Shown here: positions 8,665-17,868 of the stretch, in pieces
Layout: each line of letters starts with the position of its first letter
How positions within the stretch are numbered: position 1 is the first letter of the stretch
Origin: an uncultured Sphingomonadaceae bacterium
GTDB taxonomy: Bacteria; Pseudomonadota; Alphaproteobacteria; Sphingomonadales; Sphingomonadaceae
Reading direction: 5' to 3'
DNA: 64,000 nt
NCBI GenBank assembly: GCA_964251385.1
Contig: CAXUJK010000006.1
Coordinates: 8,280 to 72,279 of the forward strand
Position numbers and translations under genes: made by a program
Notes under the pieces: generated by a model
The model's database searches: none
The model's input: the letters and a program-made list of their open reading frames with translations, nothing else
Told to the model about the DNA's origin: nothing

Positions 8665-9791
8665 GCGGCGCGCCTGCGTGCCTCCCCCGCCAGCGAAGCC
8701 CATGCACGTGCGAAGCGGTCGACCTCGTCCCCCGTCGTCGCGGACCCGAAGCTGACGCGGATGACGTTGGCGCTCCACGCCGCATCGAGGCCGAGCGCGG
8801 CCAGGACATGACTCTGCCGAACCGCGCCCGACGAGCAGGCGCTGCCCGCCGACACGGCAAAGCCGAGCGCGTCCAGCCGGATGAGCTGCGCCGCCGCCGA
8901 CATGCCGGGCATGTGGTACGATGCGATCATCGGTGAGCGCGGCGCGTGCGGACAAACGGTCGTCCCGCCCGCGTCCTCGATAGCGCCCTCGAGCGCGAAG
9001 CGGTTGGCTAGCTGGTCGCCGAACCAAAGCGGAAAGCCTTCATCGGTGCGCGGGTGATCGAGCGCGGCGGCGAACCCCAGGATCGCGGGCAGGTTCTCGG
9101 TGCCCGCGCGGTAGCCGCCTTCCTGACCGCCGGTCGGGTAGAGCATCTTCAGGTCGCGCACGAGCAACGCGCCCACTCCCGGTGGGCCGCCGAACTTGTG
9201 CGCGCTGACCGCGATGAGATCGGCAGCCGGTAGCGGGAGCTTGCCCGCCGATTGCGCGCAATCGACGAACAGCGTACCTCCGTTGCCGTCGACGGCTTCG
9301 AGTATTTGCGCGATCGGCTGGATCACGCCCGTCTCTGAATTGACGTGCTGGATGGCGACAATTCCACCCGGCACCAGGTGCAGCAGCTGAGCCAGCGCGG
9401 CCGGATCGACCTGCCCAAGTCCATCGACCGGCGCGTTCAGCCGCTCGGCGACCGGAGCCTGCCGCAGCACCGCGTCGTGCTCCACGGTCGAAACGAGCGG
9501 TTTCGGACCATGCAGCCAACAAGGGCGGAAGGCGATCGCCGCCGCCTCCGTCGCGCCGCTCGTGAAGATCAGCGACCCGGTCCAGCCGAGCGCCGCCTTG
9601 ATCCGATCGCGCGCGTCCTCCAACCCGGCGCGCGCGGCGCGGCCGTCGCGGTGTTGCGACGACGGGTTCGCCCAACGCTCGAGCCCGTCGATCATCGCCG
9701 CGCGCGCGGCGGGCAGCACGGGTGTCGTCGCGGCGTGGTCGAGGTAGATGCGTGGCTGCACGGTCGGTCCGGTTTGCGCAAATTCGCGCAT
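8661..9791 (-). CDS. Class V aminotransferase / cysteine desulfurase (NifS/IscS-like), copy 2
   Basis: 376 aa. Contains IYLDHAATTPV, SAHKFGGPPGVGAL and SAGSACSSGA. Confidence 0.85.
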   Translation of the reverse strand: MREFAQTGPTVQPRIYLDHAATTPVLPAARAAMIDGLERWANPSSQHRDGRAARAGLEDARDRIKAALGWTGSLIFTSGATEAAAIAFRPCWLHGPKPLVSTVEHDAVLRQAPVAERLNAPVDGLGQVDPAALAQLLHLVPGGIVAIQHVNSETGVIQPIAQILEAVDGNGGTLFVDCAQSAGKLPLPAADLIAVSAHKFGGPPGVGALLVRDLKMLYPTGGQEGGYRAGTENLPAILGFAAALDHPRTDEGFPLWFGDQLANRFALEGAIEDAGGTTVCPHAPRSPMIASYHMPGMSAAAQLIRLDALGFAVSAGSACSSGAVRQSHVLAALGLDAAWSANVIRVSFGSATTGDEVDRFARAWASLAGEARRRAA

Positions 9792-9865
9792 TCCTTATAT
9801 AGCGCTCAACCGCCGCGCGCACAGTCGCGCGGCTCCCCAGCATCACCAGCGCAAGAAGACCGCCT

Positions 9866-10546
9866 ATGCCCGAAGTCATCTTTCCCGGTCCCGAAGGCCG
9901 CCTGGAGGGCCGCTTCCACCCGGGCCCCCGCCCCCGCTCGCCAGTCGCCATGATCCTCCACCCGCACCCGCAGGGCGGCGGCACGATGAACAACCGCATC
10001 TGCCAGGAACTCTACAAGACTTTTGTCAGGCGCGGGTTCGCCACCCTGCGCTTCAACTTCCGATCGGTCGGCAAGAGCCAGGGCCTGTTCGACAACGGCG
10101 TCGGCGAACTGTCCGACGCGGCGTCCGCGCTCGACTGGGTGCAGCAGATCCACCCGGAAGCCGAACAGACCTGGATCGCGGGCAATAGTTTCGGCGCGTG
10201 GATCGGGATGCAGCTCCTCATGCGCCGGCCGGAGATCAAGGGCTTCATCTCGATCGCGCCGCCCGCGAACATGTACGACTTCACGTTCCTTGCCCCGTGC
10301 CCGTCGTCGGGAATCATCATCCAGGGCGATGGCGACGAGGTCGTCGCGCCGATCGCGGTCCAGAAACTGGTCGACAAGCTGCGGACGCAGCGGCACATCA
10401 CTATCCACCACGACGTGATCCCGGGCGCGAACCACTTCTTCGCCAAGGAGATGCCGCAGCTTATGAAATCGGTCGACGACTATCTCGACATGCGGCTGGC
10501 GCAGCCTGTTCCGGTCAACCGGGTAGCGTCCAGATCAGGACGTTGA
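9866..10546 (+). CDS. Alpha/beta hydrolase (short, COG2945-like)
   Basis: 226 aa. Nucleophile elbow GNSFGAW, and the length and motif order expected of small alpha/beta hydrolases. Confidence 0.75.
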   Translation: MPEVIFPGPEGRLEGRFHPGPRPRSPVAMILHPHPQGGGTMNNRICQELYKTFVRRGFATLRFNFRSVGKSQGLFDNGVGELSDAASALDWVQQIHPEAEQTWIAGNSFGAWIGMQLLMRRPEIKGFISIAPPANMYDFTFLAPCPSSGIIIQGDGDEVVAPIAVQKLVDKLRTQRHITIHHDVIPGANHFFAKEMPQLMKSVDDYLDMRLAQPVPVNRVASRSGR

Positions 10547-10694
10547 TTAGAAGTACAGCCGCAGCGACGATCATCAGCGCGCCCTGCTTGCGGTTGCGGC
10601 GGAAGATGAAGATGCCGCCAAGCGTCAGCGCGAACACGGCGAGCATCATGATCGAGAGCGGGTAGGCGGCGGCTGGCGGCAGAACGTTCGGCAT
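10515..10694 (-). CDS. Small two-TM membrane protein (59 aa, below the ORF-track cutoff)
   Basis: Hand translation gives MPNVLPPAAAYPLSIMMLAVFALTLGGIFIFRRNRKQGALMIVAAAVLLINVLIWTLPG. It has strong GC3 codon bias and two hydrophobic helices. Its 3' end overlaps the hydrolase 3' end by 32 bp. Confidence 0.35.
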   Translation of the reverse strand: MPNVLPPAAAYPLSIMMLAVFALTLGGIFIFRRNRKQGALMIVAAAVLLINVLIWTLPG

Positions 10695-10753
10695 TCGCGA
10701 CGGGACGTGACGCTTTACCGCGCCTTAAGCAAGGCGCGCCTAGATGCGACGTC

Positions 10754-11035
10754 ATGGGCCTGTGGGACGTATCCGGAGCGAGTATTCGGCAACAGCAGAT
10801 CGACCGCGCGTTCGATCGCATCGAGGAGACGATCCTGCCGGGCATCGGCATGCTGCTCGACACGTTGCTGGACGCCGCCGAGCGGCGCGAGACGGCGATC
10901 ACCCCTGCGGTTTATGCCGCCGAACTGCGCACGCTGGCGCTGCAGGTCGAGGCGTTGACGCGAGAGATCGAGGCGGTGTCGCCCTCGCGCGGGTCGTTCG
11001 GCGACGATCCGGGACTTAGCGCGGCGGCCGGATGA
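10754..11035 (+). CDS. Hypothetical protein (93 aa)
   Basis: ATG start and a high-GC3 codon pattern. No recognisable motif. Its 3' end overlaps the convergent dehydratase by 20 bp. Confidence 0.35.
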   Translation: MGLWDVSGASIRQQQIDRAFDRIEETILPGIGMLLDTLLDAAERRETAITPAVYAAELRTLALQVEALTREIEAVSPSRGSFGDDPGLSAAAG

Positions 11036-11990
11036 TGTCCGCGTAGAGCGCGGGGTCGACGTTGCCGCCGCTCAGGACGACGACGGTGGTTGCATCGCAC
11101 GGCACTCTGCCGGCCAGCACCGCGGCGAGCGCGACGGCACCGCCGGGTTCGACTACAAGCCGAAGCCGCGCGAAGGCGGCGCGCATCGCGACTTCCACCT
11201 CGGCCTCCGAAACGTGGACGCCGCGTGCGGCGCGTCTGTGCAGGACGTCGAACGTCAGCGGCGACACGAGGCGCGTCTGCAGCGAGTCGCACCGTGTCGG
11301 CGGCGCGTCTTCCGCGACGGGAATGCGACGACCCGCGACCAGCGATCGTGTCATATCATCCCAGCCTTGCGGTTCGACCGGGACGATTTCTGCAATGGGC
11401 AGCGCTAGCGCGATCCCGGCCGTCAGCCCGCCTCCGCCGCAGGGGATGACGACGCGGGATACGGTCGCGCCCGTTTGCTCGACAAGCTGTTGCGCCAACT
11501 CGAGGCCGCACGTGCCCTGCCCTTCGATGATGTCGACATCGTCGAAGGAAGGCACGAGCGTTGCACCCGTTTCATCCGCGATCGCGCCGGCGATGGCTTC
11601 GCGGCTCTGCGTCGCGCGGTCATAGACGATGACGCGGGCACCGAAGCTCTCGGTTGCGGCGCGCTTCACGACCGGCGCGTCCGACGGCATCACGATGGTG
11701 GCCGCCGTGCCAAGTCGCGTCGCCGCGATCGCTACACCCTGCGCGTGATTGCCCGACGAGAACGCAACGACGCCGCGCGCGCGTTCGTCGGCGTCCAGCT
11801 TCAGCAACCGGTTGGTCGCGCCGCGCAGCTTGAAGCTGCCGCCCGTCTGCAGGGGTTCCGCCTTGACCCAGAAGCGCAGGCCGCCAGCGTCGAACGGCAG
11901 CAGCGGCGTGCGGATCACGGAGGTCCAGATGCGCCGTGCGGCGGCCTCGACCCCGTCCCCGGATGGTAAACGAGGTGTGACCGGCTCCAC
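11016..11990 (-). CDS. PLP-dependent threonine/serine dehydratase family protein
   Basis: Contains GGSFKLRGATN (PLP Lys), SSGNHAQGVA and GGGGL. The track ORF (to 12119) was trimmed to the GTG at 11990, because the upstream codons (ata, agt, aaa, gta, aga) are atypical for this genome. The ATG at 12047 is an alternative start. Confidence 0.8.
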   Translation of the reverse strand: MEPVTPRLPSGDGVEAAARRIWTSVIRTPLLPFDAGGLRFWVKAEPLQTGGSFKLRGATNRLLKLDADERARGVVAFSSGNHAQGVAIAATRLGTAATIVMPSDAPVVKRAATESFGARVIVYDRATQSREAIAGAIADETGATLVPSFDDVDIIEGQGTCGLELAQQLVEQTGATVSRVVIPCGGGGLTAGIALALPIAEIVPVEPQGWDDMTRSLVAGRRIPVAEDAPPTRCDSLQTRLVSPLTFDVLHRRAARGVHVSEAEVEVAMRAAFARLRLVVEPGGAVALAAVLAGRVPCDATTVVVLSGGNVDPALYADIIRPPR

Positions 11991-12104
11991 GTCGAATCTC
12001 TTTACAGCTTTGTGTGCCAGACTTATATCGCGTCCTCGCTGCCCCATGGGACTTCCAACCGCAAGGCAGCTTAAACCGCAAATGACTGTTGGAGGTCCCT
12101 TGAA

Positions 12105-13325
12105 TTGCACGAACATCATAGCGCGCTGGGGCTAGCAAGCACCCCGAACGAGACCGCCCTTGGACTCGTGAATGCCCAGCGCCCGGTTCAGCCGGTCACG
12201 TTGCTTCGACCGCATGCCGCCGCGCGTGCCGCCGGCTTTTTTCGCGAGAAGTTTCCCGGCACGTCGATGTACGCGGTCAAGGCGAACCCGTCGCCCGAAC
12301 TGCTGCGGATCCTTTGGGACAGCGGCATAACGCACTACGACGTTGCGTCGATCGGCGAAGTGCGGCTCGTCGCGCGCCAGCTTCCGGACGCGACTTTGTG
12401 TTTCATGCACCCGGTCAAGGCCGAGGAGGCGATCGTCGAGGCGTATTGGACGCACGGCGTGCGCACCTTCTCGCTCGACACGCAGGACGAACTGGACAAG
12501 ATCCTGCGCGCGACGGAGAACGCGACCGACCTCAACCTGCTCGTTCGGCTACGCGTCTCGTCCGAGCACGCCAAGCTCAGTCTCGCATCGAAGTTCGGCG
12601 CGCAAGCATCGGAAACGAAAGACCTTCTGTTCGCAACGCGGCAGGCGGCGGACGCAATGGGGATCTGCTTTCACGTCGGATCACAAGCCATGTCGCCCGC
12701 TGCCTACAGCCAGGCCTTCGCCCGCGTGCGCGCCGCGATCGTCGAGGCCGCGGTTACGGTGGATATCATAGATGTCGGCGGCGGATTTCCGTCGACCTAT
12801 CCAGGCATGGAGCCGCCCCCGCTCGAAACGTATTTCGCCGTCATCCACAAGGCGTTCGAGGATCTGCCGATCTCCTACTCCGCTGAGTTGTGGTGCGAAC
12901 CCGGCCGGGCCCTGTGCGCGGAATACGCGTCCGTCCTCGTGCGCGTCGAGAAGCGTCGGGGCGAGGAGCTTTACATCAACGACGGCGCGTACGGCGCGCT
13001 GTTCGATGCCGCGCATATCGGCTGGCGCTTTCCGGTGCAGCTCGTGCGCGAAGGCGGCAGCAGGGTGCGCGACATGGACTTCAGCTTCTATGGTCCGACG
13101 TGCGATGATATGGACTATATGGCCGGGCCGTTCTCCCTGCCCGGCGACGTCCAAGCGGGCGACTACATCGAGATCGGGATGCTCGGCGCCTACGGCTGCG
13201 CGATGCGGACTGGCTTCAACGGCTTCGGTTCGGAGGAGCGGGTGATCGTCGGCGACGAGCCGATGGCGACGCTGTACGCCGCGGACGATCGTCAGGAACG
13301 CCGGAGCAACGTCGTCAAGCTGTAG
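12105..13325 (+). CDS. Group IV PLP decarboxylase, ornithine decarboxylase-like (Orn/Lys/DAP family)
   Basis: 406 aa. Contains YAVKANPSPELL (PLP Lys), GGGFP and CDDMD. The TTG start lies 9 nt after a GGAGG. Confidence 0.85.
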   Translation: MHEHHSALGLASTPNETALGLVNAQRPVQPVTLLRPHAAARAAGFFREKFPGTSMYAVKANPSPELLRILWDSGITHYDVASIGEVRLVARQLPDATLCFMHPVKAEEAIVEAYWTHGVRTFSLDTQDELDKILRATENATDLNLLVRLRVSSEHAKLSLASKFGAQASETKDLLFATRQAADAMGICFHVGSQAMSPAAYSQAFARVRAAIVEAAVTVDIIDVGGGFPSTYPGMEPPPLETYFAVIHKAFEDLPISYSAELWCEPGRALCAEYASVLVRVEKRRGEELYINDGAYGALFDAAHIGWRFPVQLVREGGSRVRDMDFSFYGPTCDDMDYMAGPFSLPGDVQAGDYIEIGMLGAYGCAMRTGFNGFGSEERVIVGDEPMATLYAADDRQERRSNVVKL

Positions 13326-13334
13326 CGTGAACCC

Positions 13335-13419
13335 GTCATCCCAGCGCAGGCTGGGACCTCAGCGAGTTTCGCCCGCCGTAGCAATAACCCACTGATATCC
13401 CAGCCTGCGCTGGGATGAC
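13335..13419. repeat. Palindromic intergenic repeat, copy A (VIPAQAGI-type element)
   Basis: Arms are GTCATCCCAGCGCAGGCTGGGA (13335-13356) and TCCCAGCCTGCGCTGGGATGAC (13398-13419). It is related to the copies at 22204 and 25789. Confidence 0.85.
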
Positions 13420-13443
13420 GTACTCCTCCGCAAGAGAAATCCG

Positions 13444-14499
13444 ATGAACACTGAAGCCAAAATAAACGACACGCGTAAGGCGGAACTGCTCGCGAACGAA
13501 GTCGAGCATATCGACATCAAGTCGTTCGACGCACGCCCGATCGTCGACGCCATGAAGAAGATGAGCTTCACCAGTCGCGATCTCGGCCGCGCGACGGACA
13601 TCTATAATCTGATGCTGGCCGATCCAGGCTGTTCGGTCATCCTCGTCATCGCGGGCTCGACGAGCGCGGGCGGGTGCATGGACCTGTACGCCGACCTCGT
13701 CGCCAACAACATGGTCGACGCGATCGTCGCGACGGGTGCGGCAATCGTCGACATGGATTTTTTCGAAGCGCTTGGTCACAAGCATTATCAGGCGCTTGAG
13801 ATCCCCGACGACGACACGCTGCGCAGCCTCTACATCGACCGCATCTACGACACGTATATCGACGAGGAGAAGCTGCAGGAGACCGATCACACGATCGGCG
13901 ACATCGCCAACAGCCTGGAGCCCCGCCCCTACTCGTCACGCGCGTTCATTCGCGAAATGGGCCGTTGGCTGACTGCCAACGGCAAGAAGGACAACAGCCT
14001 CGTCAAACTCGCGTTCGAGCATGACGTGCCGATCTTCTGCCCTGCCTTCACCGACTCGTCAGCGGGATTCGGCTTGGTCAAGCACCAGGTCGACGCGATG
14101 AAGGCGGGCAAGCCCTACCTGACGATGGACTCGATAGCCGACTTTCGCGAGCTGACGGACATCAAGATCAATGCGGGCGATACGGGCCTGCTCATGATCG
14201 GCGGCGGCGTGCCCAAAAATTTTGTGCAGGACACGGTCGTCTGCGCCGAAATCCTCGGGCACGAGGAGGTTGCGGTGCATAAATATGCGATCCAGATCAC
14301 TGTCGCCGATGTTCGCGACGGCGCCTGCTCGTCGTCCACGCTTCAGGAAGCGGCGAGCTGGGGCAAGGTCAGCACCGCCATGGAACAGATGGTGTTCGCG
14401 GAAGCGACGTCGGTGCTGCCGCTGCTCGCCTCGGACGCGTACCACCGCGGACATTGGCGGGGTCGCGAAGCACGGCGTTTCGCCAAGATGTTCGACTAG
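13444..14499 (+). CDS. Deoxyhypusine synthase-like protein (candidate homospermidine synthase)
   Basis: 351 aa. Carries DHS-family signatures (ILVIAGSTSAGG, DAIVATGAAIVDMDFFEALG, GGGVPKNF, EAASWGK). It lies directly downstream of the ODC-like gene. Confidence 0.8.
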   Translation: MNTEAKINDTRKAELLANEVEHIDIKSFDARPIVDAMKKMSFTSRDLGRATDIYNLMLADPGCSVILVIAGSTSAGGCMDLYADLVANNMVDAIVATGAAIVDMDFFEALGHKHYQALEIPDDDTLRSLYIDRIYDTYIDEEKLQETDHTIGDIANSLEPRPYSSRAFIREMGRWLTANGKKDNSLVKLAFEHDVPIFCPAFTDSSAGFGLVKHQVDAMKAGKPYLTMDSIADFRELTDIKINAGDTGLLMIGGGVPKNFVQDTVVCAEILGHEEVAVHKYAIQITVADVRDGACSSSTLQEAASWGKVSTAMEQMVFAEATSVLPLLASDAYHRGHWRGREARRFAKMFD

Positions 14500-14894
14500 C
14501 GCATGCGCACGCGGCGGTAGGGAACGAAGTCGCCGAGGAAGACAAAGCCTGTTTCGAACCGGCTTCCTTGATCGACGAGCCGCACCGTATCGATGCTGCA
14601 CAGGCGATCCGAGTACAACCGGGTCACGAGAATGTCCCACCGATCAAGACTTTCCGCGCCAGCGCGAGGGCGGTTGACGTAGATCGTGCTGCCGGCATCG
14701 TAGACGATCGCGGTGTCGTCGATGATGCGGCTGGAGCGGACCTGGCGCAGGCTGATGCAATCGACGGGTTCGCCCGCGACACGACCTTCGAGTTCGCGCG
14801 CGAGTTGCGCCTCGGGGTTCAACCGCGGTCGGGCGTCGGCGGTGCCGGATGCGAAAAGCGCCACCGCGGCAATGACTGGAAGGAATGCACGCAT
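14496..14894 (-). CDS. Secreted hypothetical protein (132 aa)
   Basis: The track ORF was trimmed to the ATG at 14894. The N-terminus has a signal peptide, MRAFLPVIAAVALFASGTADA. Confidence 0.55.
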   Translation of the reverse strand: MRAFLPVIAAVALFASGTADARPRLNPEAQLARELEGRVAGEPVDCISLRQVRSSRIIDDTAIVYDAGSTIYVNRPRAGAESLDRWDILVTRLYSDRLCSIDTVRLVDQGSRFETGFVFLGDFVPYRRVRMR

Positions 14895-14970
14895 GATGAC
14901 GTCCTGCAAATTCGGTTTCTTGACGAGACCGATACCACGATCCGACTGAACCGCCAATGAGCAGCGCCGA

Positions 14971-16149
14971 CTAGATCGGTCGGACGAAAAGCGCGGCGAG
15001 TTCCACATGGGTCGACCACCGGAACTGCCCGACAGGCCTAACCCATTCCAGCCGATATCCGCCTTCGCACAACACCCGAGCATCACGTGCGAAACTGTTG
15101 GGATTGCAAGATATATAGGCGATGCGCGGGACAAGCGAGCGCGCAAGTTCCGCCACCTGTTCGCGCGCCCCCGCACGCGGGGGATCGAGGACGACGGCGT
15201 CGAACGCGACGAGCTCCGCCACGGTCAGCGGGCGGCGGAACAGGTCGCGGTGTTCGACCGTCAGACCGGGTCGGGACCGCGCCGCTGCCATGAGCGCCAG
15301 CGCGCTGTCCCGCGCGCCTTCGACCGCGTGGACGCGAGCGGAGAGGGACAGCGCGAATGTTCCCAGCCCGGCGAACAGATCGGCCGCGTTTGCGACGTCT
15401 CCGACGGCTTCGCGTGCCGCGGACACGAGCGCCGCCTCGCCGTCTTCGGTTGCCTGAAGGAAACTGCCGGAAGGGAACGGGATGGCGACGCCACCGAGCG
15501 ACACCGCGGCGGGCGCGGGCTCCCAGCGCGGTTGCGGGCCGAAACCGTCGTCGATCGAGAGCCGGGCCAAGGCATGACGGCACGCAAATTCGGTCAGTGC
15601 GTCGAGACCGTCCAAGCCGTCGAACGCTGCACCGGTGATCGTAAGATCGATGCCGCCGTGGATCAGCGTCATCGCGATCTGCCCCGCCTTGCCGCGCCCG
15701 CGCAGCAAGTGGCGGATCGGTTCCACGAGCGCGAACAGCGGAGGCGCGAGGATGTGGCATTCGCGCATGTCGACGATGTCGTGGCTGCGCGCGGACTTGA
15801 AGCCGACCGCGACTTGCCTGCCGCGCGCGGCGAAGTGGAGCGTCGCGCGGCGGCGGGAGCGTGGCGGCGACAGATGCGGATTGCGAATCAAGATGTCGGC
15901 GATCCCGTTGGCGCGCAGCGCGCCCGCGATGCGGTCCATTGTAAAGGCCGCGTAGGCGGCGTCGTCGACATGCTGGAGCTGGCAGCCGCCGCATTCGGGA
16001 AAGTGACGACACGGCGGCACCTGCCGATGCGGTCCGGCGACGAGCGTGCCGTCGGCCCCCAGCGTATCGCCGGGTACGGCGAACGGAATGTAGCATCCGT
16101 CGGCATCGACGCCTTCGCCGCGCGATGCGATGCGAACGATCTCGCTCAT
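14971..16149 (-). CDS. Class I SAM-dependent RNA (uracil-5) methyltransferase, RlmD/TrmA family
   Basis: Trimmed to the ATG at 16149 (MSEIVRIASRGEG), which overlaps the nnr stop as ATGA. Contains an Fe-S motif CRHFPECGGCQLQH, the SAM motif DLFAGLGTF, and DPPRAG...YISCNP. Confidence 0.8.
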   Translation of the reverse strand: MSEIVRIASRGEGVDADGCYIPFAVPGDTLGADGTLVAGPHRQVPPCRHFPECGGCQLQHVDDAAYAAFTMDRIAGALRANGIADILIRNPHLSPPRSRRRATLHFAARGRQVAVGFKSARSHDIVDMRECHILAPPLFALVEPIRHLLRGRGKAGQIAMTLIHGGIDLTITGAAFDGLDGLDALTEFACRHALARLSIDDGFGPQPRWEPAPAAVSLGGVAIPFPSGSFLQATEDGEAALVSAAREAVGDVANAADLFAGLGTFALSLSARVHAVEGARDSALALMAAARSRPGLTVEHRDLFRRPLTVAELVAFDAVVLDPPRAGAREQVAELARSLVPRIAYISCNPNSFARDARVLCEGGYRLEWVRPVGQFRWSTHVELAALFVRPI

Positions 16150-17501
16150 CGGCAGCGGGCGACGGCCGCGGGAAGCGCGTTCGCCAGGTCGTCGGCGACG
16201 AAGGGTGCCGGAGTCGCCCGTGCAGCTGCCGCGTGCAGCCAGACAGCGGCGCATGCGGCGTCGAAGGGGTCACCGACTTGCGCGAGCATCGTTCCGCAGA
16301 CGCCGGCGAGGACGTCGCCGGTGCCCGCGGTTGCGAGATCGTGGGAGCCGGGCAGCGCGATCGCGGCGCGTCCGTCCGGGGCGGCGATCACCGTGTCCGG
16401 TCCCTTGAGAACGACCACGGCTCCGGCCAGTCGTGCGGCCGCGCGCGTGCGCGCGACCTTGTCGCCCGGCAGCGGCCTGAAGGTGCGCGCGAACTCGGCC
16501 CCGTGCGGCGTGACTATGGCGGGCACGTCGAAACGGCGTGCGTCCAGATGCCACAGCCCGTCCGCATCCACGACGAGTGGCCGCCCCGACGCCAGCGCGG
16601 TCTCAAGGATCGTTCGCGCGTCCGCGTCGCGTCCGAGGCCGGGACCAACGACGATCGCGCCGATGCGAGGATCGGTCAGGTCGGTGCGGGAACGCCTAAC
16701 GATCGCGGCCGGAAGATGCCAGGACGCGTCGTCGCTTAGAAGCTGAACGTACCCCGCGCCCGAACGCGCCGCGCCCAAGGTCGCGAGCCCCGCCGCGCCC
16801 GGCATCGCGCCGCCCAGTACGACAACCAGACCGCGCGTGTACTTGTGGTCGGCCGGACCGGGGGTCGCCAATCGCTGCCGCGCCAGTTCGACGAGATCGG
16901 ATGCGACGGGCACGCCGATGTCCGCGACGATCAGGCGGCCCATGCGTGCGGCGGCGGGTTGCAGCAGATGCGCGGGCTTGAGCGCACCCAGCGCGATCGT
17001 CGCATCGAAGCGCGGGACGTCCGAGAGCAGCGCGCCGTCGTCGCTCGCAACCCCGCTTGGAAGGTCGACGGCGACGCGAACCTGGGCGGCGCCGGCGAGC
17101 CGGTGAAAGGCTTCGTTCAGATCAGGGTGCAGGCCGCGCTTCAGACCCGTTCCGAACAAGGCGTCGATTAGCAAAGGTGTGGGGGCCGCGTCCTTTATCA
17201 GCTCGACGGGACCCGTCCAAGTCGCGCGCGCCGCTGAGGCCTCGTCGGTCGTCGGCTGTCCGCTGGCCGCGACGCGCACGCGAACGCCCGCGGCGGCGAG
17301 ATGGCGTGCGGCGACGTAGCCGTCGCCGCCATTGTTGCCGGGGCCGCACAGCACAAGGGCGTCGGACGCGCCCGCGAAGCGCATCGCGGCGTCCGCAACG
17401 GCCGCTCCTGCCCGTTCCATCAGCGTGCCGGCATCGGTGCCAGCAGCAATGACAGCCGCTTCCGCCGCGCGCATCCGCGCGGCGTCGAGGATCGGCCTCA
17501 C
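16146..17501 (-). CDS. nnr: Bifunctional NAD(P)H-hydrate repair enzyme Nnr (epimerase/dehydratase, YjeF)
   Basis: Contains CGPGNNGGDGYVAARHL, GPGLG and GDVLAG. Trimmed to the GTG at 17501 (VRPILDAARMR), which overlaps the upstream stop as GTGA. The Arg-rich extension to 17936 is an artefact. Confidence 0.85.
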   Translation of the reverse strand: MRPILDAARMRAAEAAVIAAGTDAGTLMERAGAAVADAAMRFAGASDALVLCGPGNNGGDGYVAARHLAAAGVRVRVAASGQPTTDEASAARATWTGPVELIKDAAPTPLLIDALFGTGLKRGLHPDLNEAFHRLAGAAQVRVAVDLPSGVASDDGALLSDVPRFDATIALGALKPAHLLQPAAARMGRLIVADIGVPVASDLVELARQRLATPGPADHKYTRGLVVVLGGAMPGAAGLATLGAARSGAGYVQLLSDDASWHLPAAIVRRSRTDLTDPRIGAIVVGPGLGRDADARTILETALASGRPLVVDADGLWHLDARRFDVPAIVTPHGAEFARTFRPLPGDKVARTRAAARLAGAVVVLKGPDTVIAAPDGRAAIALPGSHDLATAGTGDVLAGVCGTMLAQVGDPFDAACAAVWLHAAAARATPAPFVADDLANALPAAVARCR

Positions 17502-17836
17502 CGCGTCGCCGCGGGCAGCCGGTAGCGATCTCCGGCGATCGCGATCTCGATCCCACCCGCGTCCTGGCCGCGCGTCGTGGCGGCGACCGACCCATCGGCG
17601 GCGACGATCCCGCCGCCGTCCGCGTCGACCTCCACCCTGCGAAAGCCGCCGTCGGGTGCGTTCAAGGTCAGGACCGTGCGCCCTTCGACAACGGTTCGGA
17701 CGACGCGACATGCGGTGTCGAAGGTTTCCGCGCCTTCGAGCGCGCACGGAGCGGCGATGCCCGCAACCTGGACCGGCTCGGCTGCCTCTTCGCGGCCGCA
17801 TGCGGCAAGAAGGATGATGAATAGGCAGATGCGCAT
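17498..17836 (-). CDS. Lipoprotein, hypothetical (112 aa)
   Basis: Has a lipobox signal peptide, MRICLFIILLAAC|G. Confidence 0.55.
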   Translation of the reverse strand: MRICLFIILLAACGREEAAEPVQVAGIAAPCALEGAETFDTACRVVRTVVEGRTVLTLNAPDGGFRRVEVDADGGGIVAADGSVAATTRGQDAGGIEIAIAGDRYRLPAATR

Positions 17837-17868
17837 AGGGCGATCTAGCGCGAACGCCCGCCCCTTGC

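Noticed and set aside
8665-9027. N-terminal extensions of several track ORFs (7531..9027, 16146..17936, 14971..16254, 20326..22218, 34023..35486, 42725..43603, 48892..51579, 57010..58719).
   Set aside because: The extensions are Arg/Gly-rich and overlap the upstream gene. Internal starts give canonical N-termini, often with ATGA/GTGA coupling to the preceding stop.
11991-12104. A possible speF-type leader RNA upstream of the ornithine decarboxylase-like gene.
   Set aside because: The spacer is only about 114 bp and is shared with a divergent gene. I cannot recognise the motif by eye, so a covariance-model search would be needed.
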